The translations under genes and the position numbers were made by a program. This document shows positions 38,509 through 47,770 of a stretch of DNA of 64,000 bases, one piece after another (within the stretch, counting starts at the first letter, position 1; every line of letters begins with the position of its first letter). The DNA comes from Patescibacteria group bacterium (GTDB taxonomy: Bacteria; Patescibacteriota; Microgenomatia; JAMCZE01). The notes beneath the pieces are model-generated. The model saw only the letters and a list, made by a program, of their open reading frames with translations, made no database searches and was not told the origin of the DNA. The stretch lies in the NCBI GenBank assembly GCA_023380635.1, contig JAMCRP010000001.1, positions 247,911 to 311,910 on the forward strand, read 5' to 3'.

Positions 38509-38543
38509 TAAAAAGAAGCTTTCGTAAGGAGGCTTCTTTTTTT
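38509..38543. terminator. bidirectional rho-independent terminator between convergent genes 38345..38488(+) and 38579..39298(-)
   Basis: AAAAGAAGC-tttcgtaaggag-GCTTCTTTTTTT. The stem is flanked by an A-run upstream and a T-run downstream. Confidence 0.7.
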
Positions 38544-38578
38544 AGGGAAGGTCTACCTGAAAGCGATTCAGATAGATC

Positions 38579-39298
38579 TTAGAAAAACTTGAGAATTTTG
38601 GCTTGGGATTTGAGAGAGGAAAAGTATTGCTGAAGGATGGTGTTTTGTTTCTGGTTGGTTAAATCCGTTTTGGCTTCTTCCCGTAACCCAGCCTCATCAG
38701 TTGCCGTCATGGACGCGCGGTTTTTGTCAATGTAGTCAGAAATTTCCTGATCGGAAACCTGGACCTTGCCGGCTGTCAGTTTTTCCAGCATCAACTGTAA
38801 TTCAACCCGATGACGGAAATCAGCCACTGTTTCACCCTGTTGGGCCAAGGCATCCTGCAAAGAAATTTGCCCGTTTAAAGTTTTTTCAATCGAAGCAATC
38901 TTGGTCTCAATTTCTGCCGGCGTCACGGTAATTTTATTTTTGGCTGCTGCCTGACGAATCAACATTTCCCCAACCATCTCGTCAAGAGTGGCATCGCCGT
39001 ACTGGCTTTCAAGTTGCTTATCAAGACTAAGACGCATAATCGGCTGGTTATTCACCATCGCCGCCACAAACATGCCCTTATTGCGGTAAAGCAAGAGAGC
39101 CAACACGATTAACAATAATCCCAAAACGGCAAAGCGGGAGAAATTTCTGGGAAGAGAAACCCTGCGGGCGGAAACTTTTTCTACCGGAGCAGCCATTGCT
39201 GTCGCCTTAGAAAGATTAGCAGCTCTGACGGAATTTTGACGGGAAACTTTTTTCGCGGCAGAAGTTTTCGCTGATGTTTTTTTTGCAACCCTTGGCAT
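38579..39298 (-). CDS. SurA-N-like / PrsA-like chaperone domain protein with N-terminal membrane anchor (no PPIase domain)
   Basis: TM LLLIVLALLLY, then LSLDKQLESQYGDATLDEMVGEMLIRQAAAKNKITVTPAEIE, which is the SurA_N_3-like chaperone domain. Confidence 0.55.
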   Translation of the reverse strand: MPRVAKKTSAKTSAAKKVSRQNSVRAANLSKATAMAAPVEKVSARRVSLPRNFSRFAVLGLLLIVLALLLYRNKGMFVAAMVNNQPIMRLSLDKQLESQYGDATLDEMVGEMLIRQAAAKNKITVTPAEIETKIASIEKTLNGQISLQDALAQQGETVADFRHRVELQLMLEKLTAGKVQVSDQEISDYIDKNRASMTATDEAGLREEAKTDLTNQKQNTILQQYFSSLKSQAKILKFF

Positions 39299-39475
39299 GA
39301 TTGCCTGTATTTTCGGCTATCGGCCTGATTTCGTCAAGGGAGCAGTTTGGGTCCCCAGAACTTCGCCGGAATTGGCTGACGGAAGAAAATTATCTGCTTT
39401 TGCAAATATCACCAATATTAAGCAAATTAAAAACCAGATAATAATCTTTCGCACTTTAATATTTTAACTCTCTGG

Positions 39476-41011
39476 TCAACCGTAAATTTTATTGTCTTCT
39501 TCCTTTTGCCGAAAACCCAAAGCTTCGGCCACATGAGTTTTTTCAATATTCTCCGAACCAGCTAAATCCGCAATGGTCCGGGCCACTTTTATAACCCGGT
39601 GAAAACCCCGGCCAGAAAGGTTTAAAGCAGCCACTGCTTGTGTCAGCAGGGCCGTAGTTTCTTCGTCTAACGGGCAGAAAATTTTAACCGCTTTGGCTGA
39701 GAGTTCCGCATTGCAGGTAATCCCGGTATTTTTATACCGCTCTTGTTGCCTCTCCCGGGCTTTTTGAACATTGTTTCGGATTTCCGCGGAGCTTTTCCCG
39801 GGTTCCAAATCGGTTAATTTTTCCGGCGGAATAGTAGCGCAGAAAACATGCAAATCAATCCGGTCCAGGAGTGGTCCGGAAAGGCGTTTTTTGTAAGCGA
39901 CGATCTGATGCGCCGTACAAATACATTTTTTCTTGGTGTCATTTAAGTTACCGCAGGGACAGGGGTTGGAAGCGGCAACCAGAATGAATTTAGCCGGAAA
40001 CTGGCTGGTCCCCGCCGCCCGAGAAACGGTTACAAAACCGTCTTCGAGGGGCTGGCGCATGGCTTCTAAAACCTGGCGGGGAAATTCGGCAATTTCGTCC
40101 AAAAACAAGACACCCCGGTGTGCCAGAGAAATTTCACCGGGTTTAGGATGAGTTCCGCCGCCGATTAAGCCCACATGGGAAGTGGTGTGGTGAGGGCTAC
40201 GAAACGGCCGTTTTTTAACAATTGGATTATCCGCAGGTAAAAGACCGTTAATGCTATAAATTTTTGTAACCTCAATAGCTTCTTCCTCGGTCAGTTTCGG
40301 TAAAATTGACGGGAAAGTCCGCGCCATTAAGGTTTTACCCGATCCCGGGCTGCCAGTCATGAGACAATTGTGTCCTCCGGCTGCGGCAATTTCCAAAGCT
40401 CGGCGTGCTGATTCCTGACCGCGGACATCCGCAAAATCAAATTCGTAATTTTCCTCCACTGTAAAATCGAGCTTTTCTTTAGGTACCGGACTGATTGTTT
40501 CTATCCCTAAAATGTGGTCGACAAGCTGTTTTAGTGAAGATACTGGATAGACATCCACTTCATTAACAATGGCCGCCTCCCTGGCGTTTATCGCCGGCAC
40601 AAAGACCCGTTTAAATTTTTTCTCTTTGGCTAAAAGGGCAATGGGTAACACTCCGGGGGTGGAACGCAGCTCTCCATCCAACGATAGTTCCCCCAAATAA
40701 AGGGTGTCCGCAGAGTTTTCTTTAAGAGAACCATTAGCCAAAAGCAAGCCGACAGCAATCGGCAAATCATAAATAGCCCCTTCTTTCGGCAAGTCAGCCG
40801 GCGCCAGATTAACAGTTATTCGGTGGGTAGGAAAATCCAGGCCGGAGTTATTAATGGCTGATCGTACCCTCTCCCGCGCTTCTTCGACCGCTTTATCTGC
40901 CAATCCCACTATTTGGAAACTGGGAAGAGCCCGGGACGCAACATCAACTTCAACAGTGATTAGTATCGAATCCAGTCCCAAAACCGCCCCGGAAAAAACT
41001 TTGGCTAGCAC
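39476..41011 (-). CDS. yifB: YifB/ComM family Mg-chelatase-like AAA ATPase
   Basis: N-terminal Lon-like ChlI domain and Walker A LMTGSPGSGKT. The length is 511 aa. Confidence 0.85.
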   Translation of the reverse strand: MLAKVFSGAVLGLDSILITVEVDVASRALPSFQIVGLADKAVEEARERVRSAINNSGLDFPTHRITVNLAPADLPKEGAIYDLPIAVGLLLANGSLKENSADTLYLGELSLDGELRSTPGVLPIALLAKEKKFKRVFVPAINAREAAIVNEVDVYPVSSLKQLVDHILGIETISPVPKEKLDFTVEENYEFDFADVRGQESARRALEIAAAGGHNCLMTGSPGSGKTLMARTFPSILPKLTEEEAIEVTKIYSINGLLPADNPIVKKRPFRSPHHTTSHVGLIGGGTHPKPGEISLAHRGVLFLDEIAEFPRQVLEAMRQPLEDGFVTVSRAAGTSQFPAKFILVAASNPCPCGNLNDTKKKCICTAHQIVAYKKRLSGPLLDRIDLHVFCATIPPEKLTDLEPGKSSAEIRNNVQKARERQQERYKNTGITCNAELSAKAVKIFCPLDEETTALLTQAVAALNLSGRGFHRVIKVARTIADLAGSENIEKTHVAEALGFRQKEEDNKIYG

Positions 41012-41039
41012 TACATAAATAGTAGCATAAAGAAGAAAA

Positions 41040-41350
41040 AAGAGGCTCTCTAAGACGAGTAAGCCAGATTCTGTTTTAGCAACATCTATCTATGCCCAAC
41101 TACTTCGGCCACCAGGAAGCTGTGGTCTTGGCCATTCGGTTGGTTGCAGCGGGGGGAATTGCTTCGTTGCACCCCTCTGATAGTTTTAGGCTACCAGAAG
41201 ACTCGTCTCTGTAGCTTCACCGTCCGCGTACATGAATTGTACGTGGCCCCGGAAATTAATCCGGGCACCCTGCTTCCTGCTGTCTGGACTTTCCTCCCGC
41301 CACAACTTCGCAGATGTTGGCGGGTAGTTGCCCTGTCTTAGAGAGCAGGG
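41040..41350 (-). ncRNA. rnpB: RNase P RNA (bacterial type A, reduced ~310 nt)
   Basis: The minus-strand RNA has P1 pairing (GCUCUCUAAGAC ... GUCUUAGAGAGC) and a P3 hairpin (CCCGCCAACAUCUGCGAAGUUGUGGCGGG). It has P4 GGAGGAAAGUCC, GCAGGGUGCC, GUGCAACGAAGCAA...GAUGGCC and the 3' P4 strand ACAGAAUCUGGCUUAC. These match E. coli M1 RNA GGAGGAAAGUCCGGGC / ACAGAACCCGGCUUA. Confidence 0.85.
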
Positions 41351-41353
41351 TAA

Positions 41354-42373
41354 TTATACCATATTTGCGCCCCAAATATGGTTGATAATCACTTTGATGG
41401 AGGCCACTACCGGCACGGCCAAAACATAGCCCACCACTCCGAATAAATGCCCTCCGGCCAGCACGGCAAACATTACCAGTAGTGGATGCAGTTTGGTCGC
41501 CCGGCCCATAACCTGCGGGATGATAAACAAGTCCTCGGCCTGACGCAAGACGGTATATAAACTAATAACGGCAATAACATCCAAAAAAGGAACCGGTCCA
41601 AGCCGGGAAAATTGATCAGTAAAAGCAACAATTGTGGCGACAGCTGCTGCCATTACCGGCCCGATAAGGGGGACAATTTCCGCAAACCCGGTAAAAATTG
41701 CCAAAATCAGAGCATAACGTACCCCGATTAAAATTAGTCCGATATAAGTGAAGACCGCCATAATAGCAATTAAAAGTAGCTGCCCGCGTAAATAATTTCC
41801 CAGAACCTGGTTTATTTTTGCCAGAATTTCCGTCCCTTCTTCACGGGTTTTTGCCGGCAAAAAGTTCAGGAGGTTTTTTTGGAAGCTGTGACCGTCTTTA
41901 AGAAAATAAAAAGCGGCTACCAGAAAGACCAAAAGAGACACCGTCCGGTTTAAAGCTCCGGGAAGGTATGCCGTTACCCTCCGGTTAGGTAAAAGCAAAG
42001 AGGCCCGCACCGACTCAAAAGCATCCAGGGCAAACGGCTGAAGCCATTCCGGCAGGAGAGTAATCTGGGAATTAGTCTGGCGGATAAAATTACGGGCTTC
42101 AGCAGCAAACTCGTCAGATTCCTGACCGAAACGGACACCAACATTTATCGCTATGGCTGCCAAACCGCCGATAATCAGAATATATATCAAAGCGATGGCC
42201 AGGGGCCGCGGGAGTTTCAGCCGGTGGGTTAAAAAAGTGACCAGGGGGTTAAGTAAATAAGCGAAAATCGCGGCCAGAATAAAAGGCATGAGCACTGACC
42301 GGACGGCATAAAGAACCGCCAGCAGGGCCAGTCCGAAAATAATATACAGCAAATGACGCCGCTCTATCTTCAT
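41354..42373 (-). CDS. AI-2E family transporter (UPF0118/PerM-like)
   Basis: The 339-aa protein has about 8 TM helices and a PF01594-like profile. Confidence 0.7.
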   Translation of the reverse strand: MKIERRHLLYIIFGLALLAVLYAVRSVLMPFILAAIFAYLLNPLVTFLTHRLKLPRPLAIALIYILIIGGLAAIAINVGVRFGQESDEFAAEARNFIRQTNSQITLLPEWLQPFALDAFESVRASLLLPNRRVTAYLPGALNRTVSLLVFLVAAFYFLKDGHSFQKNLLNFLPAKTREEGTEILAKINQVLGNYLRGQLLLIAIMAVFTYIGLILIGVRYALILAIFTGFAEIVPLIGPVMAAAVATIVAFTDQFSRLGPVPFLDVIAVISLYTVLRQAEDLFIIPQVMGRATKLHPLLVMFAVLAGGHLFGVVGYVLAVPVVASIKVIINHIWGANMV

Positions 42374-43404
42374 GTTTTATGAAACTTCTGTAGAATTATA
42401 TCCCAAACTCCCTTGCCGTGCAGAAACGAGACCAACGAGCCAATTAAAAACAGACTTCCCAGACCAATCAGGGCCAAAGGAATTTTATCGGTCGAAGAAT
42501 CGATTTTAACCGTTTCTACGGCTGCCGGCGTCGATACTTTCTTTGGTTTGGCGCTTTCTGTTCCCAAAACTGCGCTTTCCGAAGTCTTCGCAGTCACTAA
42601 CACCGGTATTTTTACCAGCTTGATGGTTTTGGCTTCTGACTCAAAAAAATCCTCAGCATCTTTTTTCCTCATCCTGATCCGGATCTCATAGTTTCCGGCG
42701 TCTTTATCTTCAGAAACTATCCCCCACGCCTCGCCGTGATAATCCCCGGTGTTGCCGGTAGTAATCAGGGGAAATTTCACCCAGGCCTCATTATCTGACA
42801 AATAAGCCGAACCATTTTTCGTCCGGACTCCGCGGACTTTAAGATAATACTGTTTATTGGCTTCAAAATTTTTTAAATTGACAGAGACTTTAAAAACCTC
42901 GCCGAGATTGCCTTGAACCGGGGGACTAAAGGTAATTTCCGGCAATGGAGTTTGGACGATAGTTACAGTATTGTTATTTTGGCTATTATTGTTGTTACTA
43001 TCCTGGGCCGCACTATCCTGAACCGGGGCGGCGTTGATCTGGATTGCGACCGCATCCGAGTCACCATAATCCCGAAGCCTCAAAACAAGAAGGTTATTGC
43101 CAGTAAAGGCAGAGCTTCCCGGGCGTCCGGTCACCATCCCGTTCCAGACACCAAAAGTGTCTGTCGTAAATGCAGGAAAACCGGCCCAGGCATCGTTGTC
43201 TGACAGCCAATCGCCCGAAGAACTCCTGGTTTGCCCCCGGGTCATGGAACCGGATGTGGTTCCGATCCGAAGCTTGAGAGTATAGCTAGAACTGGCTGCC
43301 AGACCGGAAATCGAAGCGGCTACGGAAAATGGTTCACCAATGGTTAAAGCGGCAGACGGAGTGCTGATGATTATGGCCGCCAACAATGCCAAAGCAATAG
43401 GCAT
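42370..43404 (-). CDS. hypothetical surface protein: signal peptide, two internal repeats of a ~100-aa domain, C-terminal TM anchor
   Basis: The repeats are SYTLKLRIGTTSG...GDWLSDNDAWAGFPAFTTDTFGVWNGMVTG and QYYLKVRGVRTKNGSAYLSDNEAWVKFPLITTGNTGDYHGEAWGIV. The C-terminus is LALIGLGSLFLIGSLVSF. Confidence 0.5.
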   Translation of the reverse strand: MPIALALLAAIIISTPSAALTIGEPFSVAASISGLAASSSYTLKLRIGTTSGSMTRGQTRSSSGDWLSDNDAWAGFPAFTTDTFGVWNGMVTGRPGSSAFTGNNLLVLRLRDYGDSDAVAIQINAAPVQDSAAQDSNNNNSQNNNTVTIVQTPLPEITFSPPVQGNLGEVFKVSVNLKNFEANKQYYLKVRGVRTKNGSAYLSDNEAWVKFPLITTGNTGDYHGEAWGIVSEDKDAGNYEIRIRMRKKDAEDFFESEAKTIKLVKIPVLVTAKTSESAVLGTESAKPKKVSTPAAVETVKIDSSTDKIPLALIGLGSLFLIGSLVSFLHGKGVWDIILQKFHKT

Positions 43405-43451
43405 TAAAATTAGTATGCTTTATGACCAACATAAATGCAAATATCGGAAGC

Positions 43452-44654
43452 TTAATTCTGACGGACCGTATCAATTTCTGAAATACTGTTAATCGAGTAC
43501 TTGGAAGTGAAAGAAATGTCTTTGCCGTTTTCGACATAAGGATCATTCATTTTGTAATCTCCATTTGAACCGCTGACCAAAACCACAAAGTGAGACGGCC
43601 CGGCCCCGATTCCTACTATAACCGGTTTACCTGAAGATAATTCGCCGTCAATTTGCGAATAGGAAATTCCTTCACGCCGCCACGATCCGCCGGCATTAAT
43701 AGTTTTATTCAAAAAGGCCGGATAATAAATCGCGAAATTTGAGGAATCATTATTGATGGTTACCGGCGTAACATCTTTATGACCATAATGGGTAATCACC
43801 ATTGCCATCGAAGTCACAAGACATCCGCTGTTGGCCAAGGTGTAACCGGTATGATTGAGGGCCATTGCTCCCCAACTGCTATCACGCTGGTTGTAGTAGC
43901 AACCCCAATCATCACATTTCGTCTGATTGGAGAGTAAACTGTCGCCGCCTTCCAGGTTTACAAAAGAGTTAAAAGCTGCCAGTTGCGCTTTTGCCTGAGC
44001 CAAAAGCTGCTGATAACGCGACTCGTCATTTTGCGTTTCAGTTAAAAGCTGCTGTTTGTCGCGGTTTTCGTGATCGAGCTCGATTTTTTGAGATTGCAGC
44101 TGAGCCGAAAGAATTTCCTGTTGTTTTTTTACTTGCTCCAGTTCCGTTTTCTGATCGTTATAGTTCTTCCGGCTGGCAGCCATCTGAACCATTACCTGTT
44201 TATCGTGCTTTTGGACAATACGCATGTATTCAAACCGCTGAAAGAAATCCTGAAAATCCGAGGCCGAGAGTAAATACAGCACCGGGTCAGTGCGGCCCTC
44301 GACATATGTCTGGACAATTCTGTTAGCCAAAATGTCGCTTACCTGGTTTAAGGTGCCTTCCAAAACCGTGATTTTTCCGGTAACGCTGGCAATATTTTCA
44401 TTTAGTCGATCCAATTTATCCTGAGTAACAGTAATCTGTGATTTTGTTCGGGAAATTTTAGTGTTAATTAAGTCAATCTGGGAAGAGAGGGTTTTCTCCT
44501 GACTTTGGGTATCAGAAATCTTTTGGGTATAGCAGTCAACCTTGCTTTGGCCGGAAAGCGAAACGCAGGAATCGTCAGCCAAAACAATACTCCGGGCAAG
44601 AAAAAATGCCGATATTAATAGCAGAAAGCAAGTTAGCCTTTTAAGTAGCGCCAT
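43452..44654 (-). CDS. PcsB/EnvC-like divisome peptidoglycan hydrolase: N-terminal coiled coil + C-terminal papain-like (C39_2/CHAP-like) domain
   Basis: Signal peptide. There are about 200 aa of heptad-rich coiled coil. The C-terminal domain is CDDWGCYYNQRDSSWG...NSGCLVTSMAMVITHYGH. It lies immediately downstream of ftsE-ftsX. Confidence 0.6.
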   Translation of the reverse strand: MALLKRLTCFLLLISAFFLARSIVLADDSCVSLSGQSKVDCYTQKISDTQSQEKTLSSQIDLINTKISRTKSQITVTQDKLDRLNENIASVTGKITVLEGTLNQVSDILANRIVQTYVEGRTDPVLYLLSASDFQDFFQRFEYMRIVQKHDKQVMVQMAASRKNYNDQKTELEQVKKQQEILSAQLQSQKIELDHENRDKQQLLTETQNDESRYQQLLAQAKAQLAAFNSFVNLEGGDSLLSNQTKCDDWGCYYNQRDSSWGAMALNHTGYTLANSGCLVTSMAMVITHYGHKDVTPVTINNDSSNFAIYYPAFLNKTINAGGSWRREGISYSQIDGELSSGKPVIVGIGAGPSHFVVLVSGSNGDYKMNDPYVENGKDISFTSKYSINSISEIDTVRQN

Positions 44655-45508
44655 ACTGCCAGAAAACTTCCGGTGATCCCGACCAGTCCTCCGCAGATTA
44701 CGGCTCCGCCCAAGATTTCCAGCATAAAAATCGGAGATACCGGCAGCAGCGAGATCCCGGCAAAATAAGGCAGAAGATAGGGTGTTAAGAAATAAAGCAA
44801 GGCGTAAAGCACTGACCAGGAAAACAGAGCTCCGAAAAAGCCGTAGAAAAACCCTTCCAGCAGAAACGGCAGACGAATATAGCCACTGGAAGCTCCTACC
44901 AGCCGCTCCACCTCAATCTCTTCTTTACGCAGCGCAATCTTCATCCCGATTATAGTTAAAATCGTAAACAGCGAAGTGGCTACAAGAAAAGTAATTAGGC
45001 CCAAACCGCCTTTACGGATTTTGTCCAGAACACCAATTAAGGTGTTGACAACATCTTTCTGGTAGGAAATATCCTCAACATTCGGAGCGCTCTTTAAGAT
45101 GTCATAAAGCTGGGGCAGATCAGAAACATTTTTTGCGGAAACTTCCAGGCTGGCCGGCAGGGTATTGGCGGTAACCAGTTCCAAAAGCATCGGGTCAGCT
45201 TTATTGCGCTCTTTATAAATTTCCAGAGCTTGCTCTTTGGAAACAAACTGAATGCTGGCGGCCTTACCGGTATCCTGTAAAGCCGAAACGGTGTCGGCCA
45301 CCTGATCCTGGTTGTTTATCGTGTCGTTAAAGAAAACAATAACTTGAGGTTTTTGCTCCAGGTAACTCAAAAGCTGATGCGAACCCAGAGACAAAAGCAA
45401 GAAAACCAGCCCGACAAAGCTGGTCAGAGTCATGATCATAATAGCCGCTGCTGCCTGATAGGGGCTACGTCTCATGTGCTGCCAGGTGACAGACATCTGA
45501 TGTTTCAT
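44633..45508 (-). CDS. ftsX: cell division ABC transporter permease FtsX
   Basis: 4 TM helices with a large extracellular loop. It follows ftsE with a 4-nt overlap. Confidence 0.85.
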   Translation of the reverse strand: MKHQMSVTWQHMRRSPYQAAAAIMIMTLTSFVGLVFLLLSLGSHQLLSYLEQKPQVIVFFNDTINNQDQVADTVSALQDTGKAASIQFVSKEQALEIYKERNKADPMLLELVTANTLPASLEVSAKNVSDLPQLYDILKSAPNVEDISYQKDVVNTLIGVLDKIRKGGLGLITFLVATSLFTILTIIGMKIALRKEEIEVERLVGASSGYIRLPFLLEGFFYGFFGALFSWSVLYALLYFLTPYLLPYFAGISLLPVSPIFMLEILGGAVICGGLVGITGSFLAVWRYLKG

Positions 45509-46182
45509 TCGCGATACTTTCCTTTCTTATCCGAAATAATTTTCCCGTCTTTGAGCCGAACCACTCGTTTGTTCAGCTTATCCACAATCTCGGGATTATG
45601 CGTCGCCATGATTACCGTGGTTCCATTATCGTTGATTTGCTCCAGAATTTTAACTATCTTCCAGGCGTTTTCATCATCAACATTACCTGTCGGCTCATCT
45701 GCCAGGAGATACTTTGGGTCTCCGGCCAGCGCCCGGGCAATGGCCGCCCGTTGGAGTTCGCCGCCGGAAAGCTGAGCCGGAAAACAATTAATTTTCTGAC
45801 TCAGGCCTACCAGCTCCAACTTTTCCCGACTTTCAGTATCGACTTCCTTGGCGTTTTTGCCTAAAACCCAAAGCGACAGGGCAACATTTTCCAAAATACT
45901 TCTGTCGTTTAACAGTTTCAGGTCCTGAAAAACGCAACCAATCTTGCGCCTTAGCTGAATAATCTTTCCGCCGTTTATTTTTTTGAGATCATGTTCGTCA
46001 ATTTGAACCTGGCCGGAGCTGGGAAGAAAGTTACGCAGAATCAGCCGTAAAATTGTAGTTTTTCCGGCTCCGCTCGGTCCAACCAGGAAGACAAATTCTC
46101 CATCATTAATTTCCAGATTAATATCGTCGAGGGCTGTGGTACCATCGGGGAACTTTTTGGTAACCGAGTCGAGTTTGATCAT
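45505..46182 (-). CDS. ftsE: cell division ATP-binding protein FtsE
   Basis: Walker A GPSGAGKTT, ABC signature LSGGELQRAAIARAL and Walker B LLADEPTGNVD. Confidence 0.9.
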   Translation of the reverse strand: MIKLDSVTKKFPDGTTALDDINLEINDGEFVFLVGPSGAGKTTILRLILRNFLPSSGQVQIDEHDLKKINGGKIIQLRRKIGCVFQDLKLLNDRSILENVALSLWVLGKNAKEVDTESREKLELVGLSQKINCFPAQLSGGELQRAAIARALAGDPKYLLADEPTGNVDDENAWKIVKILEQINDNGTTVIMATHNPEIVDKLNKRVVRLKDGKIISDKKGKYRE

Positions 46183-46185
46183 TCA

Positions 46186-46683
46186 TTACAAAACTTTAAT
46201 CCGGCCCACATCCATGAGCCAGCCCGCCTTCTGTCCCTGGAAAGTTTCGCCCCAGATCTGGACTTTTTTACCGACATATTTGGATAAATCGATAACCGAG
46301 GAAGTCAGATAAACGTTCTGTGACGGACCACCATCCCGGACAAGGACATGCGTTCCCTCATTAGTAATCTTGCCGTCATTTTCCTGCAAAGTGCCGGTGG
46401 CTGTGTCTTTGAAAGTCGAAGCATCTTTGACTCCTTCCTCTGTCGGTGTCTGGACCACTTCCACATTTTTTCCGGCCAATCGGACCGTTCCGTCAGTATT
46501 TTTGCGATAGAGAAAATAGCCGGATAGCAAACCCAAGAGAATCGGGACCAGAAGGATCAGTAAAACTTTTTTGTCCATCCTTGCCGAATCAATCCTTGGG
46601 ACACCTTTGGTTTGACCGCTTAGCGGTCGAATAATCGGAGTTTCGTCGTTTTGAGCCGGTCTGCTGGTTTTTATTTCTTCCAT
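46186..46683 (-). CDS. hypothetical bitopic membrane protein
   Basis: The 165-aa protein has a single TM (VLLILLVPILLGLLSGYFLY) and an extracytoplasmic C-terminal domain. I recognise no domain. Confidence 0.4.
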   Translation of the reverse strand: MEEIKTSRPAQNDETPIIRPLSGQTKGVPRIDSARMDKKVLLILLVPILLGLLSGYFLYRKNTDGTVRLAGKNVEVVQTPTEEGVKDASTFKDTATGTLQENDGKITNEGTHVLVRDGGPSQNVYLTSSVIDLSKYVGKKVQIWGETFQGQKAGWLMDVGRIKVL

Positions 46684-46704
46684 TTCACTTACATCCGCAT
46701 TTAA

Positions 46705-47715
46705 CTATGCAAAGAAGTGTAGCTCGGCTTGGATGAAGTTGTCAAGGCGGCCATTTAAAATGGCGTCAGTATCGGACTCTTCATAATCTGTGCGCAAGTC
46801 TTTGACTAAATGATACGGGTGCAGGACATAGGAACGAATCTGATTTCCCCAGCCCGGTGTCAGATGAACACCTTTGAGTCGGGCAGCTTCTTCTTTAGTT
46901 TTCTCTTCTTCCAGAGCCAGCAGTTTGGCCTTAAGAATTTTTATGGCAATCTCGCGGTTACGCGATTGGTCTCTTTCTTTCTGGGAAGTTACGACTAAAC
47001 CCGTCGGCTTGTGGGTTAAGCGAACGGCGCTACTGACCTTATTAACATTCTGGCCGCCATGCCCGCCGCTTCTAAAAAAGTCCCAGACCAGATCTTCCTC
47101 CTTGATTGTTCCCTGTTCACTACTTGTCGTATCCTGAAATACCGGCATAACTTCAACTAGAGCAAAGGACGTCTGTCTTAAATGATCGGCATTAAAGGGC
47201 GATTGCCGGACCAGCCGATGGACTCCAGCTTCATGCTTTAATAAACCATATATATTTGAGCCGATTACTTCGAAGGCAACTGTCTTAATTCCCGCTTCTG
47301 AACCCGGTTCGTACTCAATTTCTTCCAGCTTCCAATTTTGTGATTGAACAAATTTTGTATACATTCGGTAAAGCATCTGGGCCCAGTCCATCGCCTCAAC
47401 CCCTCCCTGGCCTGAATGAATAGCGACAATTGCGTTAGAAGTGTCGTATTTTCCGGAAAGATAAAGTAAAGTCTCCAGTTCTTGCACCAATTCCTCAGAT
47501 ATTTCCCCTCTATCCAGTTTTTCCAATTTATTTGTTAGTTCCTGAAGTTGTGCCAGCCTTTTGGTTTTTTCCGTGGCCGCTTCCCGGTTCTGCCAGAATT
47601 CCGGCTTTTCCATTTCCGCTTCCAGTCTCCGCGCTTCCCGCCTTTTTTCATCAGGATTAAGTTTCTCTAAAATTTTCTTAGCTTTTATTTGCAGATCATC
47701 CATAAACGAAGACAT
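46705..47715 (-). CDS. prfB: peptide chain release factor 2 (single uninterrupted ORF, no programmed +1 frameshift)
   Basis: GGQ motif FRSGGHGGQNVNKV and the RF2-specific SPF motif RLVRQSPFNA. The M start precedes 336 in-frame codons. Confidence 0.88.
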   Translation of the reverse strand: MSSFMDDLQIKAKKILEKLNPDEKRREARRLEAEMEKPEFWQNREAATEKTKRLAQLQELTNKLEKLDRGEISEELVQELETLLYLSGKYDTSNAIVAIHSGQGGVEAMDWAQMLYRMYTKFVQSQNWKLEEIEYEPGSEAGIKTVAFEVIGSNIYGLLKHEAGVHRLVRQSPFNADHLRQTSFALVEVMPVFQDTTSSEQGTIKEEDLVWDFFRSGGHGGQNVNKVSSAVRLTHKPTGLVVTSQKERDQSRNREIAIKILKAKLLALEEEKTKEEAARLKGVHLTPGWGNQIRSYVLHPYHLVKDLRTDYEESDTDAILNGRLDNFIQAELHFFA

Positions 47716-47770
47716 TATATCTTACCTTGGAGATCCCTAGCTATCGCTCGGGATAACCTACTGCGGTGGC

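Noticed and set aside
41144-41341. 65-aa plus-strand ORF from the six-frame track
   Set aside because: It lies entirely within the RNase P RNA gene on the opposite strand and is an artefact of ORF finding.
47716-47770. Near-palindrome CCCTAGC-tatc-GCTCGGG between dsbA-like gene and prfB
   Set aside because: I considered it as a terminator, but it has a mismatched stem and no U-tract on either strand. It could be a minor structural element and is not reportable as a feature.
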